From Luteolibacter sp. (GTDB taxonomy: Bacteria > Verrucomicrobiota > Verrucomicrobiia > Verrucomicrobiales > Akkermansiaceae): a stretch of 64,000 nucleotides of DNA. The stretch covers positions 1,887-65,886 of the forward strand of contig JBILAN010000006.1 in NCBI GenBank assembly GCA_044354135.1. The letters are read 5' to 3'. Positions 18,084 through 27,802 of this stretch are shown here, piece after piece (within the stretch, counting starts at the first letter, position 1; each line of letters opens with the position of its first letter). The translations under genes and the position numbers were made by a program. The notes below the pieces were generated by a model, which was not told the DNA's origin, did not search any database, and saw only the letters and a program-made list of their open reading frames with translations.

Positions 18084-19178
18084 ATGGCTTCCCCACTCAG
18101 AACTATTGCGCTTTCTGCCGTCTTTTGTGCCCATGCCTTTGCGGCAGAGACCGTGATTAAAGATAAACAAGGCATGGATTGCTATGTTTACACTCCAGAT
18201 CCCATCGATCCAGCCAAGACCTATCAACTCGTTGTCGGGGTCCATGGTGCCGGTGGTAAAGGCAACGGTGCGGCTGGCATGAAAAGTTGGGCGAATCGTG
18301 GAGATGTAATCGTCATCGGCCCGTCTTTTGAAACAAAAGGTGAACGTCCTTATCAAAACGGCGATGGAATTCATGCCGAAAAACTCATCGACCTATTTGA
18401 GACATTAAAAAAGACCTACAAACTTTACGATCAAATGTTCCTCTACGGCTTCTCAGGCGGTAGTCAGTTCACACATCGTTTTACGATGTTGAATTCCAAA
18501 TGGGTTTGCGGAGTTTCCGCGCATTCCGGCGGCTCATGGGCGACAGATGGCTATGGTGAAATCAAAGCCGAGGCGAAAAAAATCCCGTTTGCGATTTCTT
18601 GTGGCGAGAAAGACACCGCTTTTTCGTTCGGCGGCGCTCCATATAACCGGCTCGAATGGTATGGGCGTTTCCGTGATGAAATCGATAAAAAGAATTTTTG
18701 TTATATCGGCGGAACATGGCCCGATGTCGGACATTCAGCATCAGCAGGTGTATGGGAGTTAACCAAACAATGTTTCCAACTTGCGACCGGATTGCCTGGT
18801 GAATCAGCGACACAGGAGGTTGAGATTAGTCCAAATTGGAAAAACCTCGATAAGATCAAAAAAGCAGCCACAACGATCACAGCAAAGCCTGCTTCAGTAA
18901 AACCTGCGGTCAACGAGGCCGAACTCGATAAAATGGCGCAGGCCGCTTTCACCAGAGCCGATTCCGAGAGAGTTCCAGATGAATTATTAGTGGGATTCAT
19001 GAAAAAGTATCCACCATCTCTATGGAAAAATAAGGCAGGGTCCACCAAATTGTTAGAACAATGTAAGGCTGCCGCAATCGCATGGCAGTCCGCAGCGAAA
19101 GATAAAAACATTTGGAACGATTCGCTGAAACAGCAGTTCTCCGTATTCACCCAAGGTTTGGATATTAAGGCAGAGTAA
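18084..19178 (+). CDS. Secreted alpha/beta-hydrolase (esterase-like)
   Basis: Signal peptide, VGVHGAGG, nucleophile GFSGG, CGEKD, DVGH. Start placed at ATG 18084. Confidence 0.7.
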   Translation: MASPLRTIALSAVFCAHAFAAETVIKDKQGMDCYVYTPDPIDPAKTYQLVVGVHGAGGKGNGAAGMKSWANRGDVIVIGPSFETKGERPYQNGDGIHAEKLIDLFETLKKTYKLYDQMFLYGFSGGSQFTHRFTMLNSKWVCGVSAHSGGSWATDGYGEIKAEAKKIPFAISCGEKDTAFSFGGAPYNRLEWYGRFRDEIDKKNFCYIGGTWPDVGHSASAGVWELTKQCFQLATGLPGESATQEVEISPNWKNLDKIKKAATTITAKPASVKPAVNEAELDKMAQAAFTRADSERVPDELLVGFMKKYPPSLWKNKAGSTKLLEQCKAAAIAWQSAAKDKNIWNDSLKQQFSVFTQGLDIKAE

Positions 19179-19234
19179 AATTTACAACGCCTTTACACAA
19201 TTCCGACCCTTCATGGTGCTACTCTCGCAGCGTC

Positions 19235-19747
19235 ATGAAAACATCCATTCATTTAAAGCTGCTTTGTGTTTTATCCATCGGTCTAGGCTCAGCTTTTGCC
19301 GATGCACCAAAAAACCCTCACGTCGATATTCGAACTTTCCTCAACGATGCACATGCCGTTGAAATCCAACGCGTCAACCGTGTGATCGATCAGGAGGCAT
19401 TTCTCAAAATGGCTTCAGAAAATCGCACGATCATTCTCGACGCCCGTAGCGCCGATAAATTTGCCATGCTGCATGTCAAAGATGCGGTGAACCTGCCGTT
19501 CACCGATTTCACAGCAGAATCCCTCGCGAAAGTTTTTCCCGATAAAGACTCGCGCATTCTGATCTACTGCAATAATAATTTCGACAACGCACCACGCGCC
19601 ATGCCTTTGAAATCAGCCGGAGCCTCACTCAATATCTCCACGCTCATCGCCCTCCAAACCTACGGCTACAAGAACGTCTATGAACTCGGTGGCTACATCG
19701 ATGCCAATAAATCAAAGCTGCCACTCGAAGGCAGCTTTTTGAAATAA
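19235..19747 (+). CDS. Secreted rhodanese-like domain protein
   Basis: ILDARS..KF..LH.K.AVNLPF, ILIYCNNNF, YGYKNVYELGG. Confidence 0.85.
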   Translation: MKTSIHLKLLCVLSIGLGSAFADAPKNPHVDIRTFLNDAHAVEIQRVNRVIDQEAFLKMASENRTIILDARSADKFAMLHVKDAVNLPFTDFTAESLAKVFPDKDSRILIYCNNNFDNAPRAMPLKSAGASLNISTLIALQTYGYKNVYELGGYIDANKSKLPLEGSFLK

Positions 19748-19820
19748 TTATTAACCGAGAGAACTCAATTCTCCCATCCCTCCATCATATCGAACTTACA
19801 ATCCGGATTGTAAAATTGAG

Positions 19821-20253
19821 ATGATGCTAAGCGATGCCTTGCTAGAGAGCGATAAGAAAAGGAGCGCCATCATACCCGGAAATCCCAAGGATAGTGCTGT
19901 CTGGCAGCGCATCATGACGACAGATGATGAAGACGTCATGCCACCGCCTACTCGCATCCCCATCTTACGGCGAGCGTATGGCTGTCACTTGGCTGGATGC
20001 CGTTCAATACGATGATACCTTTGGTTACCACGGTGATCAGAACGCCCGCATCGTTTCTCGCTGGGATTATTTGATTAAAGTTTTTAATTCTAACAAAAAA
20101 TTTGATCAATTCACCCGTGAGCAACTCGCTGGCGACCTAATGCCAGATGCCACCGATGAGCAAAAAATCGCCACTGGATTTTTGCGTCTTAACTTTATCA
20201 CCAGCGAAGGTGTTGCACAGGAAAAGGAATACCTCGAGAAATATGCCGGATAA
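19821..20253 (+). pseudogene. Remnant of a PVC-type cytochrome c / DUF1549 (PSCyt) protein
   Basis: AIIPGNPKDSAVWQRI...MPP joined out of frame to RLLASPSYGERMA..WLD..QY.DT.GY...DQF.REQLAGDL. Ends prematurely. Confidence 0.8.
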
Positions 20254-20374
20254 ACTGTTAGAGCGATTCAGTATCGACCACTCGAGGTTCACAAAAAAAT
20301 TCCAAGGACTCGATTGTAAACTCACCGGCGTCGAACCCAGGATAGTGATTAAAGGAATTTTTTCTTGAGGCTAA

Positions 20375-21418
20375 TTATTTCGCCGAAGCCCGTCTCAATC
20401 GATCCATGATCGCGATGCCGAGGCCGACCTCACTGACTGGCTCGGCGATGATTTCATCGAGGCCCATTTCGTCCATTTCACGCATCGCGTAAAACAAGCG
20501 CACCGCTGCTTCGGCGAGTTTGCCGCTGCCGGGGCTGAGCGCGACGACGTTTTCCCAGCGGTGCATCCTCACAAATTCCCCACCTTCTTCGCCGGTGTAG
20601 CTGAGCAGGCCGTATTTTTTCCCAAGTTCAGGTGTGAAATCGCTGGGCTTCTCGATCAGGCGAAAGGGCGTGAGCGGCGCGTAGTGGCTTTCCAACTGAC
20701 CCGGTGACTGGAGTTTGTCGCCGGGTTTCACCGCTTGAACTTTTCCGAATTTTTGCAACTGCTCCTTGGTAATCGGACCTGCGCGGTGGACATGAAAAAT
20801 CGGCTTCTTGCCCTCGCGGGGTTCGATCCGGATGATGGTGCTTTCCAGGCCCTCGTTGCACGCACCGGCATCGACGATCAAGGGAATGCGTCCGCCGAGT
20901 TCTTTCATGACCGCAGAGGCGGAAGTGGGAGAAATGCGCCCGAACCGATTCGCACTTGGCGCGGCGATGGGATTTCCGAGGGCTTTGTTGATCGCCCGGA
21001 AAATCGGATGACCGCTCTGGCGAACGCCCACCGTTGGCAAGCCGCTGGTGACGAGATCTGGGACCTCGGGTGTTTTGGGTAAAATCAAGGTCAGCGGACC
21101 CGGCCAGAATTCGTTGGTGAGTTGATTCACAATGTGGCGAATTTCCTCCGGCGCGATCGCCACTCTATCTAAATCCCGAACTGTGGCAATGTGGACGATC
21201 AACGGATCAAAATCCGGACGCTCTTTGGCCGCAAAAATTTTCGCCACCGCCGCGGGATTGAACGCATCCGCCGCCAAGCCATAGACTGTCTCGGTCGGCA
21301 ACGCCACCACCTCGCCCCGCTGAAGCAGCTCGACCGCCGCATTCTGCGCTTCCTTCATCCCGTCGTCGGTTGCTTCTATGATCTTGGTCTCAAACACGAG
21401 CGTATCTTTAAGCTTCAT
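20375..21418 (-). CDS. sua5: L-threonylcarbamoyladenylate synthase (SUA5/TsaC)
   Basis: VALPTETVYGLAA, K.RP.FDPLIVH, FWPGPLT, APSANRFG..SPT, GLESTI, SPGQLESHYAP. Start placed at ATG 21418. Confidence 0.95.
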   Translation of the reverse strand: MKLKDTLVFETKIIEATDDGMKEAQNAAVELLQRGEVVALPTETVYGLAADAFNPAAVAKIFAAKERPDFDPLIVHIATVRDLDRVAIAPEEIRHIVNQLTNEFWPGPLTLILPKTPEVPDLVTSGLPTVGVRQSGHPIFRAINKALGNPIAAPSANRFGRISPTSASAVMKELGGRIPLIVDAGACNEGLESTIIRIEPREGKKPIFHVHRAGPITKEQLQKFGKVQAVKPGDKLQSPGQLESHYAPLTPFRLIEKPSDFTPELGKKYGLLSYTGEEGGEFVRMHRWENVVALSPGSGKLAEAAVRLFYAMREMDEMGLDEIIAEPVSEVGLGIAIMDRLRRASAK

Positions 21419-21456
21419 GAGGATAATTGCAAGCCGCGGGGGATGCGGGCGTTTTT

Positions 21457-21552
21457 TACCACGGAGGCACGGAGGAAGACTGAGAAAACAGGAGAAGGAG
21501 CTGAATTTCAATATTTCCGTGTCCTCCATCTTCCTCCGTGCTTCTCTGGCAG
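21457..21552. repeat. Low-complexity inverted repeat (CACGGAGG.../...CCTCCGTG) in a divergent intergenic region
   Basis: GCACGGAGGAAGA (21467-21479) is perfectly inverted at 21529-21541, with additional partial units on both sides. Confidence 0.65.
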
Positions 21553-21619
21553 AATTACGTTGAATCACGAATCATCACAGCTTGGCAAGACATCGCTTTC
21601 GCTCCAAAGTCTTCCAAAC

Positions 21620-22588
21620 ATGAACCTCAAACTGATCTCCGCCGAGCAAGTCCATGCCTCACTGCATTACCCTGAATTCGTCGAATCCTTAAGCCAAACC
21701 TTCGCCGCCCCACATACCATGCCGCCGCGTCAGGTGTTGTTGCTGGATCCCGCCTCGGGTTCGCACGATGCGTTTGCGATGTTGCCGAGCTGGAACGATG
21801 AAGTAATCGCGCAAAAAGCGTTCACCTATTTCCCGCAGAGCCAAGCGCCCGCCCAAACACTGTACTCGCAGATCCTCTTGTTCGATCGCAAGCAGGGCAC
21901 GCCGCTCGCGTTGATCGATGGGGTCAGCGTGACTTGTTGGCGGACGGCGGGGGTTTCAGCGCTCGCCTCGCGGCTGCTCTCGCGTGAAGATTCGGAAACC
22001 TTGCTTTTGTTGGGAACCGGAAAACTCGCGCCGTTCCTCATTCGTGCGCACCTCAGCGTGCGACCTCTGAAGCGGATCATCCTTTGGGGCCGTTCTTCTG
22101 AAAAAGCCGAATCGCTCCGCCAAAAAATGTCGGTGGAATTTTCCAATATCATGTTTGAGATCGCCAGTGATCTGCCAGCCTCGTGCGCCCGGGCAGACAT
22201 CGTCGTCTCCGCGACAGGCAGCACGGAGGTCCTCGTCAAAGGAGCGTGGATCAGGCCCGGTACCCACACCGATTTCATCGGCAACCACCACAAAGACAAA
22301 CGCGAATGTGATACCGAACTTGTTACGAAATCGAGTGTGTATGTCGATAGCAGGGAAAACTGTTTCCGCGAAGCAGGTGAAATTCTCATCCCCGTTGCCG
22401 AAGGCGTGTTTTCGTTAGACCAAGTCAAAGGCCAACTCGCCGATCTCTGCCGCGCCACCCAACCCGCCCGCCGGAGCGCTGAAGAAATTACCTTGTTCAA
22501 ATCCGTCGGCTGCGCGCTGGGAGATTTGTGCGGGGCGCTGGTGGCTTGGAGGGCTGAGAATGAAATTTCTAGCAATATAAAATCTTAG
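21620..22588 (+). CDS. Ornithine cyclodeaminase / mu-crystallin family protein
   Basis: CWRTAGVSALA, LLLGTGKLA, ADIVVSAT, PGTH.DFIG, TLFKSVGCALGDL. Start placed at ATG 21620. Confidence 0.9.
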   Translation: MNLKLISAEQVHASLHYPEFVESLSQTFAAPHTMPPRQVLLLDPASGSHDAFAMLPSWNDEVIAQKAFTYFPQSQAPAQTLYSQILLFDRKQGTPLALIDGVSVTCWRTAGVSALASRLLSREDSETLLLLGTGKLAPFLIRAHLSVRPLKRIILWGRSSEKAESLRQKMSVEFSNIMFEIASDLPASCARADIVVSATGSTEVLVKGAWIRPGTHTDFIGNHHKDKRECDTELVTKSSVYVDSRENCFREAGEILIPVAEGVFSLDQVKGQLADLCRATQPARRSAEEITLFKSVGCALGDLCGALVAWRAENEISSNIKS

Positions 22589-22607
22589 GCGATACCAAGT
22601 CATTATT

Positions 22608-23747
22608 ATGATCTACACATTGGAAAATACCGACGGACAGCGTTATTCCGCTACTTCTCTCGATGAAGTGGCGAATGCTATTCGCTCAGGAACAATAGGC
22701 AGTGATGCGTGGGCATGGCACGAAGGGTTAACCGAGTGGATTCCAGTCACATCTCTGTTTCCCGATGTTGCCGGCAAACCTGATTTTGAAAATACCGTTA
22801 AAAACGCTGTCGGAACAGCCTCAGGCTTATTGGTAAAAGCTGGAGCTGCTATGGCAGGTTTTGCGGCAAAAAGTTATCGTAAGGCCACACTCAAAAATAG
22901 ATTTTCCAAAGCGCTAGCGGCGATGATTGCAGATGGCAATTTAGATGATCAAGAGGTCGCGGCGCTGGAGCAAATGGTTGCAGAAACAGGGGCTGATTGG
23001 GAAGAGGTGATTAAGGAATGCCAACCGCTTGCGGAACAGGTTATCCGACATCTGCTAGCTGACGTATCTGCGGATAACCATATCGATCAGATTGAGGAGG
23101 ATAAAATACTCAAGTATCTCAAATTATTCAGAATGGGAAATGAGATCAAACGCGAGGTCAAACATACCATTCGCCGCATACGGTTGCTCCATAGCTTAGG
23201 TTATAATCAATTGCCTCCCATTTTGTCACTCAACCCAGTATGGATACAAAGCGGCGAAGCCATTTATCTGTGTCAGGACACGAGGCTATATCGAGATGGC
23301 GCTCTGGTTTCTGAAGGGAAACTTTGGATAACGAACCTGCGTGTTGAATACGTTTCTGACAAAGCAGGTTTCAGCATATCGCTTGGACGTGTTCGTGAAA
23401 TGATCGGCTTCGGCACTCATTTGATCATCACATCCGTTAAGGGTAAGATCGATCTGGAGATTGTTGATGCGGAAGTTCCTGCCGCATTGGCTCTCTGTTT
23501 AATCAGGCTTAACAATCGAACCGTTTCCGCTTCCACTGATGACACAACTCAGGATCGCCGGCGGATTTCCAAACAAGTCAGTAACGCGGTTTGGATAAGA
23601 GATGGCGGAACTTGTGTCGAATGTGGCGCAAAAGACTATCTTGAGTTCGATCACGTTATTCCTGTATCTAAAGGAGGTAGTAACACCGTCCAAAATGTTC
23701 AACTCCTGTGCCGCAGATGTAACAGTAAGAAAAGCGACAAGATCTGA
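22608..23747 (+). CDS. Multidomain protein: GYF_2 (DUF4339)-like, TerB-like helical repeats, PH-like region, C-terminal HNH endonuclease
   Basis: AWAWHEGLTEW; ADGNLDDQE / ADNHIDQIE; GKLWITNLRV; CVECG...EFDHVIPVSKGGSN...NVQLLCRRCN..K. Confidence 0.75.
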   Translation: MIYTLENTDGQRYSATSLDEVANAIRSGTIGSDAWAWHEGLTEWIPVTSLFPDVAGKPDFENTVKNAVGTASGLLVKAGAAMAGFAAKSYRKATLKNRFSKALAAMIADGNLDDQEVAALEQMVAETGADWEEVIKECQPLAEQVIRHLLADVSADNHIDQIEEDKILKYLKLFRMGNEIKREVKHTIRRIRLLHSLGYNQLPPILSLNPVWIQSGEAIYLCQDTRLYRDGALVSEGKLWITNLRVEYVSDKAGFSISLGRVREMIGFGTHLIITSVKGKIDLEIVDAEVPAALALCLIRLNNRTVSASTDDTTQDRRRISKQVSNAVWIRDGGTCVECGAKDYLEFDHVIPVSKGGSNTVQNVQLLCRRCNSKKSDKI

Positions 23748-24037
23748 GTTGAATAGGGAAGAAGGTTGAAGAGGCGGAATTTCAAATATCCTACCGAATT
23801 TCAGCGCAGATGTTTCGCCTATCTGAATATCAAACCTTCATCCACGAGAATTCTCATGCTTCCCGAGTAAATTTCCTGCCTAAAATCTACAAGCAACAAC
23901 TAACAAAACTAACCATTTGATAGATGGGTTGGAATATATGGTTTTCAAACCTTACTCTTTCATCGCTGTCACGGCAAATCATTTCATCTCATTCCTTGAT
24001 CTCAATTAGCTGCAATCCATGATTGGAGATCCCCTCC

Positions 24038-25267
24038 TCAAATACTCCTGCCAATCGCATCGATCGCAAACTCAATTTCATCCAGAGAGATGCACAAAGG
24101 CGGCATGAAGACAAGGGTGTCGAGGATGTTGCGAGTGAGAAGGCCGTGGTGGCGTGCGGCTAGCGTGGTTTGTATGCCGAGACCGGGGCTGAGTTGGATA
24201 CCAGCAATCAGGCCGCATTGGCGGATTTCAACGATATGTTTAGATTTTGCTTTTAATTCAGCCAATTGTTTTTCCAAGAAGTTAATTTTGATTGGCAATA
24301 GATCTAACGTCTTTTGATCTTCAAAGATTTGTAACGAAGCGATCGCAGCGGCGCAGCCAATCGGATTTGCGGTATAACTATGTCCATAGTAGAACGTGTT
24401 TTCTTTGGGGCCGAGAAAGGTTTCATACACCGCATTTGTGGTCAGGGTTGCGGCAAGCGGGACGGTGCCGCCGGTCAGGCCTTTGGCGAGGCAGAGGAAA
24501 TCGGGAATGACACTTTCCTGTTGGCAGGCAAACATGGAGCCTGTGCGACCGAAGCCGGTCATGACTTCATCGAGGATGAGGTGAATACCTTGCGCGCTCG
24601 TCCACGCACGCAACTCCGTCAACATACCCCGCGGCCATGGTCGCATTTCGTTCACACCTTGAATCAAGGGTTCGATGATGACGGCCGTTACCGTGGTTGG
24701 ATCGATTGATTTGAGATCGTCCATCGAAGAAACGAATTGGGTTTCGAATCCAAGGTTTCTGAAACGGGAGAAAAATCGATTCACTCCACCCAGCGATGCG
24801 GCGCCTAGAGTATCGCCGTGGTAGGCGTTATCGAATGCAATGAAACGGGTGCGTATTTCCTGCTTTGTTTGCATTCTCGATTGTAGCGACATTTTAAGTG
24901 CGACCTCGACAGCGGTTGAGCCGTTGTCGGAAAAGAAAACACGTTCAAGCGTATTCTTGGGGAAATAAGAAACCAGTTTTTCGGCAAGCTCCGAGGCAAG
25001 TGGATGTCCGAGGCCGAGATAGGAGGAATGATCGAGCGTGGCCGCTTGTTTCGCGATCGCCTCCGCGATTTCCGGACGGCAATGACCGTGAATGTTGGTC
25101 CAGATCGATGAATTGCCATCGAGGTATTTTTTGCCGTTCGAGTCAAACAACCAAACACCCTCGCCGCACACGATCATAAGCGGCTCATGCGTAAGATCGC
25201 ACCACTCAGATTGGCGAGTGAATGGATGCCAACAATGGGCTTTGTCTGCGGTGACTGGCGAGAGCAT
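24038..25267 (-). CDS. bioA: Adenosylmethionine-8-amino-7-oxononanoate aminotransferase
   Basis: WHPFT, YLDG.SS.W.N.HGH, GSTAVEVALKM, YHGDT.GA, DEVMTGFGRTG, LAKGLTGG, HSYTANP. Confidence 0.92.
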   Translation of the reverse strand: MLSPVTADKAHCWHPFTRQSEWCDLTHEPLMIVCGEGVWLFDSNGKKYLDGNSSIWTNIHGHCRPEIAEAIAKQAATLDHSSYLGLGHPLASELAEKLVSYFPKNTLERVFFSDNGSTAVEVALKMSLQSRMQTKQEIRTRFIAFDNAYHGDTLGAASLGGVNRFFSRFRNLGFETQFVSSMDDLKSIDPTTVTAVIIEPLIQGVNEMRPWPRGMLTELRAWTSAQGIHLILDEVMTGFGRTGSMFACQQESVIPDFLCLAKGLTGGTVPLAATLTTNAVYETFLGPKENTFYYGHSYTANPIGCAAAIASLQIFEDQKTLDLLPIKINFLEKQLAELKAKSKHIVEIRQCGLIAGIQLSPGLGIQTTLAARHHGLLTRNILDTLVFMPPLCISLDEIEFAIDAIGRSI

Positions 25268-25337
25268 GGCGACATTTAGACAGCATGTGCCAAAATTCAA
25301 ACTTCATTATTCAAATCAGGCTCACTAGAGTTTCTTC

Positions 25338-27184
25338 ATGCGAGAAAAAATCATCCAACTCCTTTCCGATGTAGAACGCGAAAGAAATGTTCGTATTTTG
25401 TATGCTTGCGAATCTGGAAGTAGAGCGTGGGGTTTTCACTCAGAAGACAGCGATTATGATATCCGCTTTATCTATGCATCGCCGTCTGAGAGTTACTTGA
25501 GCGTTTTCGATCCGAAAGATACGATTGAAATCGCGATCAAGGATGATCTAGATCCCGGAGGCTGGGATGTGAAGAAGGCGCTCGGTCTGCTCGGTAAATC
25601 GAACGGACCTCTTATTGAGTGGCTGCACTCACCTATCGTCTATGTGGATCGTGATGGTTTCCGTGAGAGATGGCAAAAGCTGTCTGACGAGGTTTTTCAG
25701 GCATCGAAGCTGCGGCACCACTACAGGGATTGGCTGTGCAGATTAGCAGAAAGAAACTGACGGAGGGCTCTCCCTCAGCGAAATCCTATCTTTATGTGAT
25801 GCGCGCACTGCTGGCCGCTCAATGGATCGAAAATCATGGAACTGCACCACCAGTCCCGTTCGCGGATCTTGTCGCAGTCACGGAGGAGCCGTTAAGAAGT
25901 GCCCTCAACGACATCATTGCCTCCAAGTTACGGATACACGAGACCGAAAGCGTAGGTAGGAACGTGGTTCTAGATAAATTCATCGAGCGTGCGCTCGAGC
26001 AGGAAAAGCCCTCTGAGGATGACAACGATCTGTCACAGGAAACGATTACTGGCGCGCTGAACAGGGAGTTTCGGAAGATTATTCTACCGAAGTCCACGTC
26101 ATCGATTCGAAAGTCGGATTTCACACTCAGTAGGATCAGTGAAAGAGATCTGCTTCTATTAGATGTTGTCAGCGGTAGCCATGCTTATGGGACTCAGACA
26201 TCGCAATCGGACATCGACTGCCGGGGTGTATTTGTTGCGCCTGATTCATTCCACGCTGGTATGGATTCGGTGGAGCAAGTGGCGGATGAGAGGAACGACG
26301 AGGTCTATTTCGAGTTGACCCGATTTTTTCAGCTTCTGGAGAAGAACAATCCGGGTGCGCTGGAGATTCTTTATTCGCCGCAAGATTGCATTCGTTACAA
26401 GCATCCCGCCTTCGATCTGATCGATCCCCGTTTGTTTCTCTCAAAGCTTTGTGAGAAAAGTTTTTCGGGATATGCTGAGATGCAGATCAAGAAAGCACGG
26501 GGATTGAATAAGAAGATGGTAAATCCTCAGCCGGAGCTGAGAAAGCATCTCAGGGAGTTTTGTCATGTGCTTGAGGCGCAGGGATCGGTTCCTCTTGGGG
26601 TATGGCTTGAGCGGATGAGGATGGATGAGAGAAACTGCGGACTTGTTGCAGTAAATCATGCGCCATCGACTTACGCGCTTTTCCATGATGAACGGCAAAA
26701 TTATCGGGGGATTTTTTCACCTAAGGACGATGCGGCGGTTGTGTGCAGCAGTGTACCGATCGAAGCTCACCCCGTTGCCTGGTTGAATTGCAACATTGAT
26801 GCTTTTAAAGCACATTGCCGCGCTCACCGCGAATACTGGCAGTGGGTGGAAGAGCGCAATGAGGAGCGATACCGCACAAACAAAGAACACGGTATGGAGT
26901 ATGATACAAAAAACATCATGCACACTTTCCGCTTGCTTGATATGGCACTCGAGATCGCCAGAGAGGGCGTCGTCCGTGTTCGTCGTCCAAACGCTCCATG
27001 GTTGCTTGAGATACGCGAAGGGAAGTTATCTTATGAAGAAATCCTGACTCAGGCTGAAGAGCGGCTGGATGAGATTCGGATTGCCTTTGAAAAGTCGCCT
27101 CTGCCTGCAGAGCCGGATCGCGATAAAATTTCCGATCTGCTTCGGGAGGTTCAGGAGGAGTTCGTTTCATCCATTCCAGTCTGA
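25338..27184 (+). pseudogene. Fused tandem RlaP/YcgL-type (pol-beta) nucleotidyltransferase, interrupted by a one-base frameshift at about 25726-25729
   Basis: ORF 25338-25760 has ESGSRAWGF.S.DSDYD.RF. ORF 25730-27184 carries the rest of domain 1 (KSYLYVMRALLAAQWI) and a second domain (SGSHAYG...SDID.RGVF ... YDTKNIMHTFRLL). One extra G restores HY-R-G-LA. Confidence 0.8.
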
Positions 27185-27238
27185 AAATCCAAATGTTATG
27201 CCGGTTCTTACCGAACTGGTTCTGGATTTCCGCCACGG

Positions 27239-27799
27239 TCAGGCGCCCGCCTCGGCGCGTGCTTTTGCGAGGATTTCGAGCGTTCCGTGTTGGCTGCACC
27301 ATTGCGTGATGTAATCAAAGTCCAAGCGCTCGCCTTTTCTTTTTATGACATTGATGATATCATCATAATCCTTGGAGCGGGCGGCAGTCTTGAGCCAGCG
27401 GAGTTTTTGGACGATGACATCCTCCGCCGTGGCAACCCATGTAATCATGCCATTGAATAGCTCCGCTTTAATTTTTCGGGAAAAACGCATCCGGTCAAAT
27501 TCATCATTACTCAGGTGAAATATTTCGATTTCAAAAATTGTTCCAGCGACCTTGATGATTTCTTTGCGAGTGGCCGTTACCATTTCAAATCCACCCTGAG
27601 GATCCAGAGTCAATCCATCGGGTAATTTTTCTGAAAGTAGTTTCCATGCTGTTGCGTCGAACTGAAGGACAATATCTGCGTCTTTTGTAGATCTTGGGAT
27701 GCCATGATAATTTGATGAAAAAGAACCCACGATCATATAGGCAACGTTCGCTTCGTTTAGTAAGCGCGTAAAAGATTTGAGAGCTTCGGTCGCATTCAT
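27239..27799 (-). CDS. MenT1/DUF6036-like nucleotidyltransferase, probable toxin
   Basis: YMIVGSFSSNYHGIPRSTKDADIVL, VATAEDVIVQKL, RSKDYDD. The motif layout matches MenT-type NTases. Confidence 0.7.
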   Translation of the reverse strand: MNATEALKSFTRLLNEANVAYMIVGSFSSNYHGIPRSTKDADIVLQFDATAWKLLSEKLPDGLTLDPQGGFEMVTATRKEIIKVAGTIFEIEIFHLSNDEFDRMRFSRKIKAELFNGMITWVATAEDVIVQKLRWLKTAARSKDYDDIINVIKRKGERLDFDYITQWCSQHGTLEILAKARAEAGA

Positions 27800-27802
27800 A
27801 GA

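Noticed and set aside
21191-21619. N-terminal extension of the ornithine cyclodeaminase ORF (and of SUA5 to 21568)
   Set aside because: The extensions overlap the opposite gene and the intergenic repeat. Homology starts at ATG 21620 and ATG 21418.
23748-24037. Four-helix-bundle or IS remnant between the HNH gene and bioA
   Set aside because: Translation by eye gave no convincing family match, and there are no inverted arrays.
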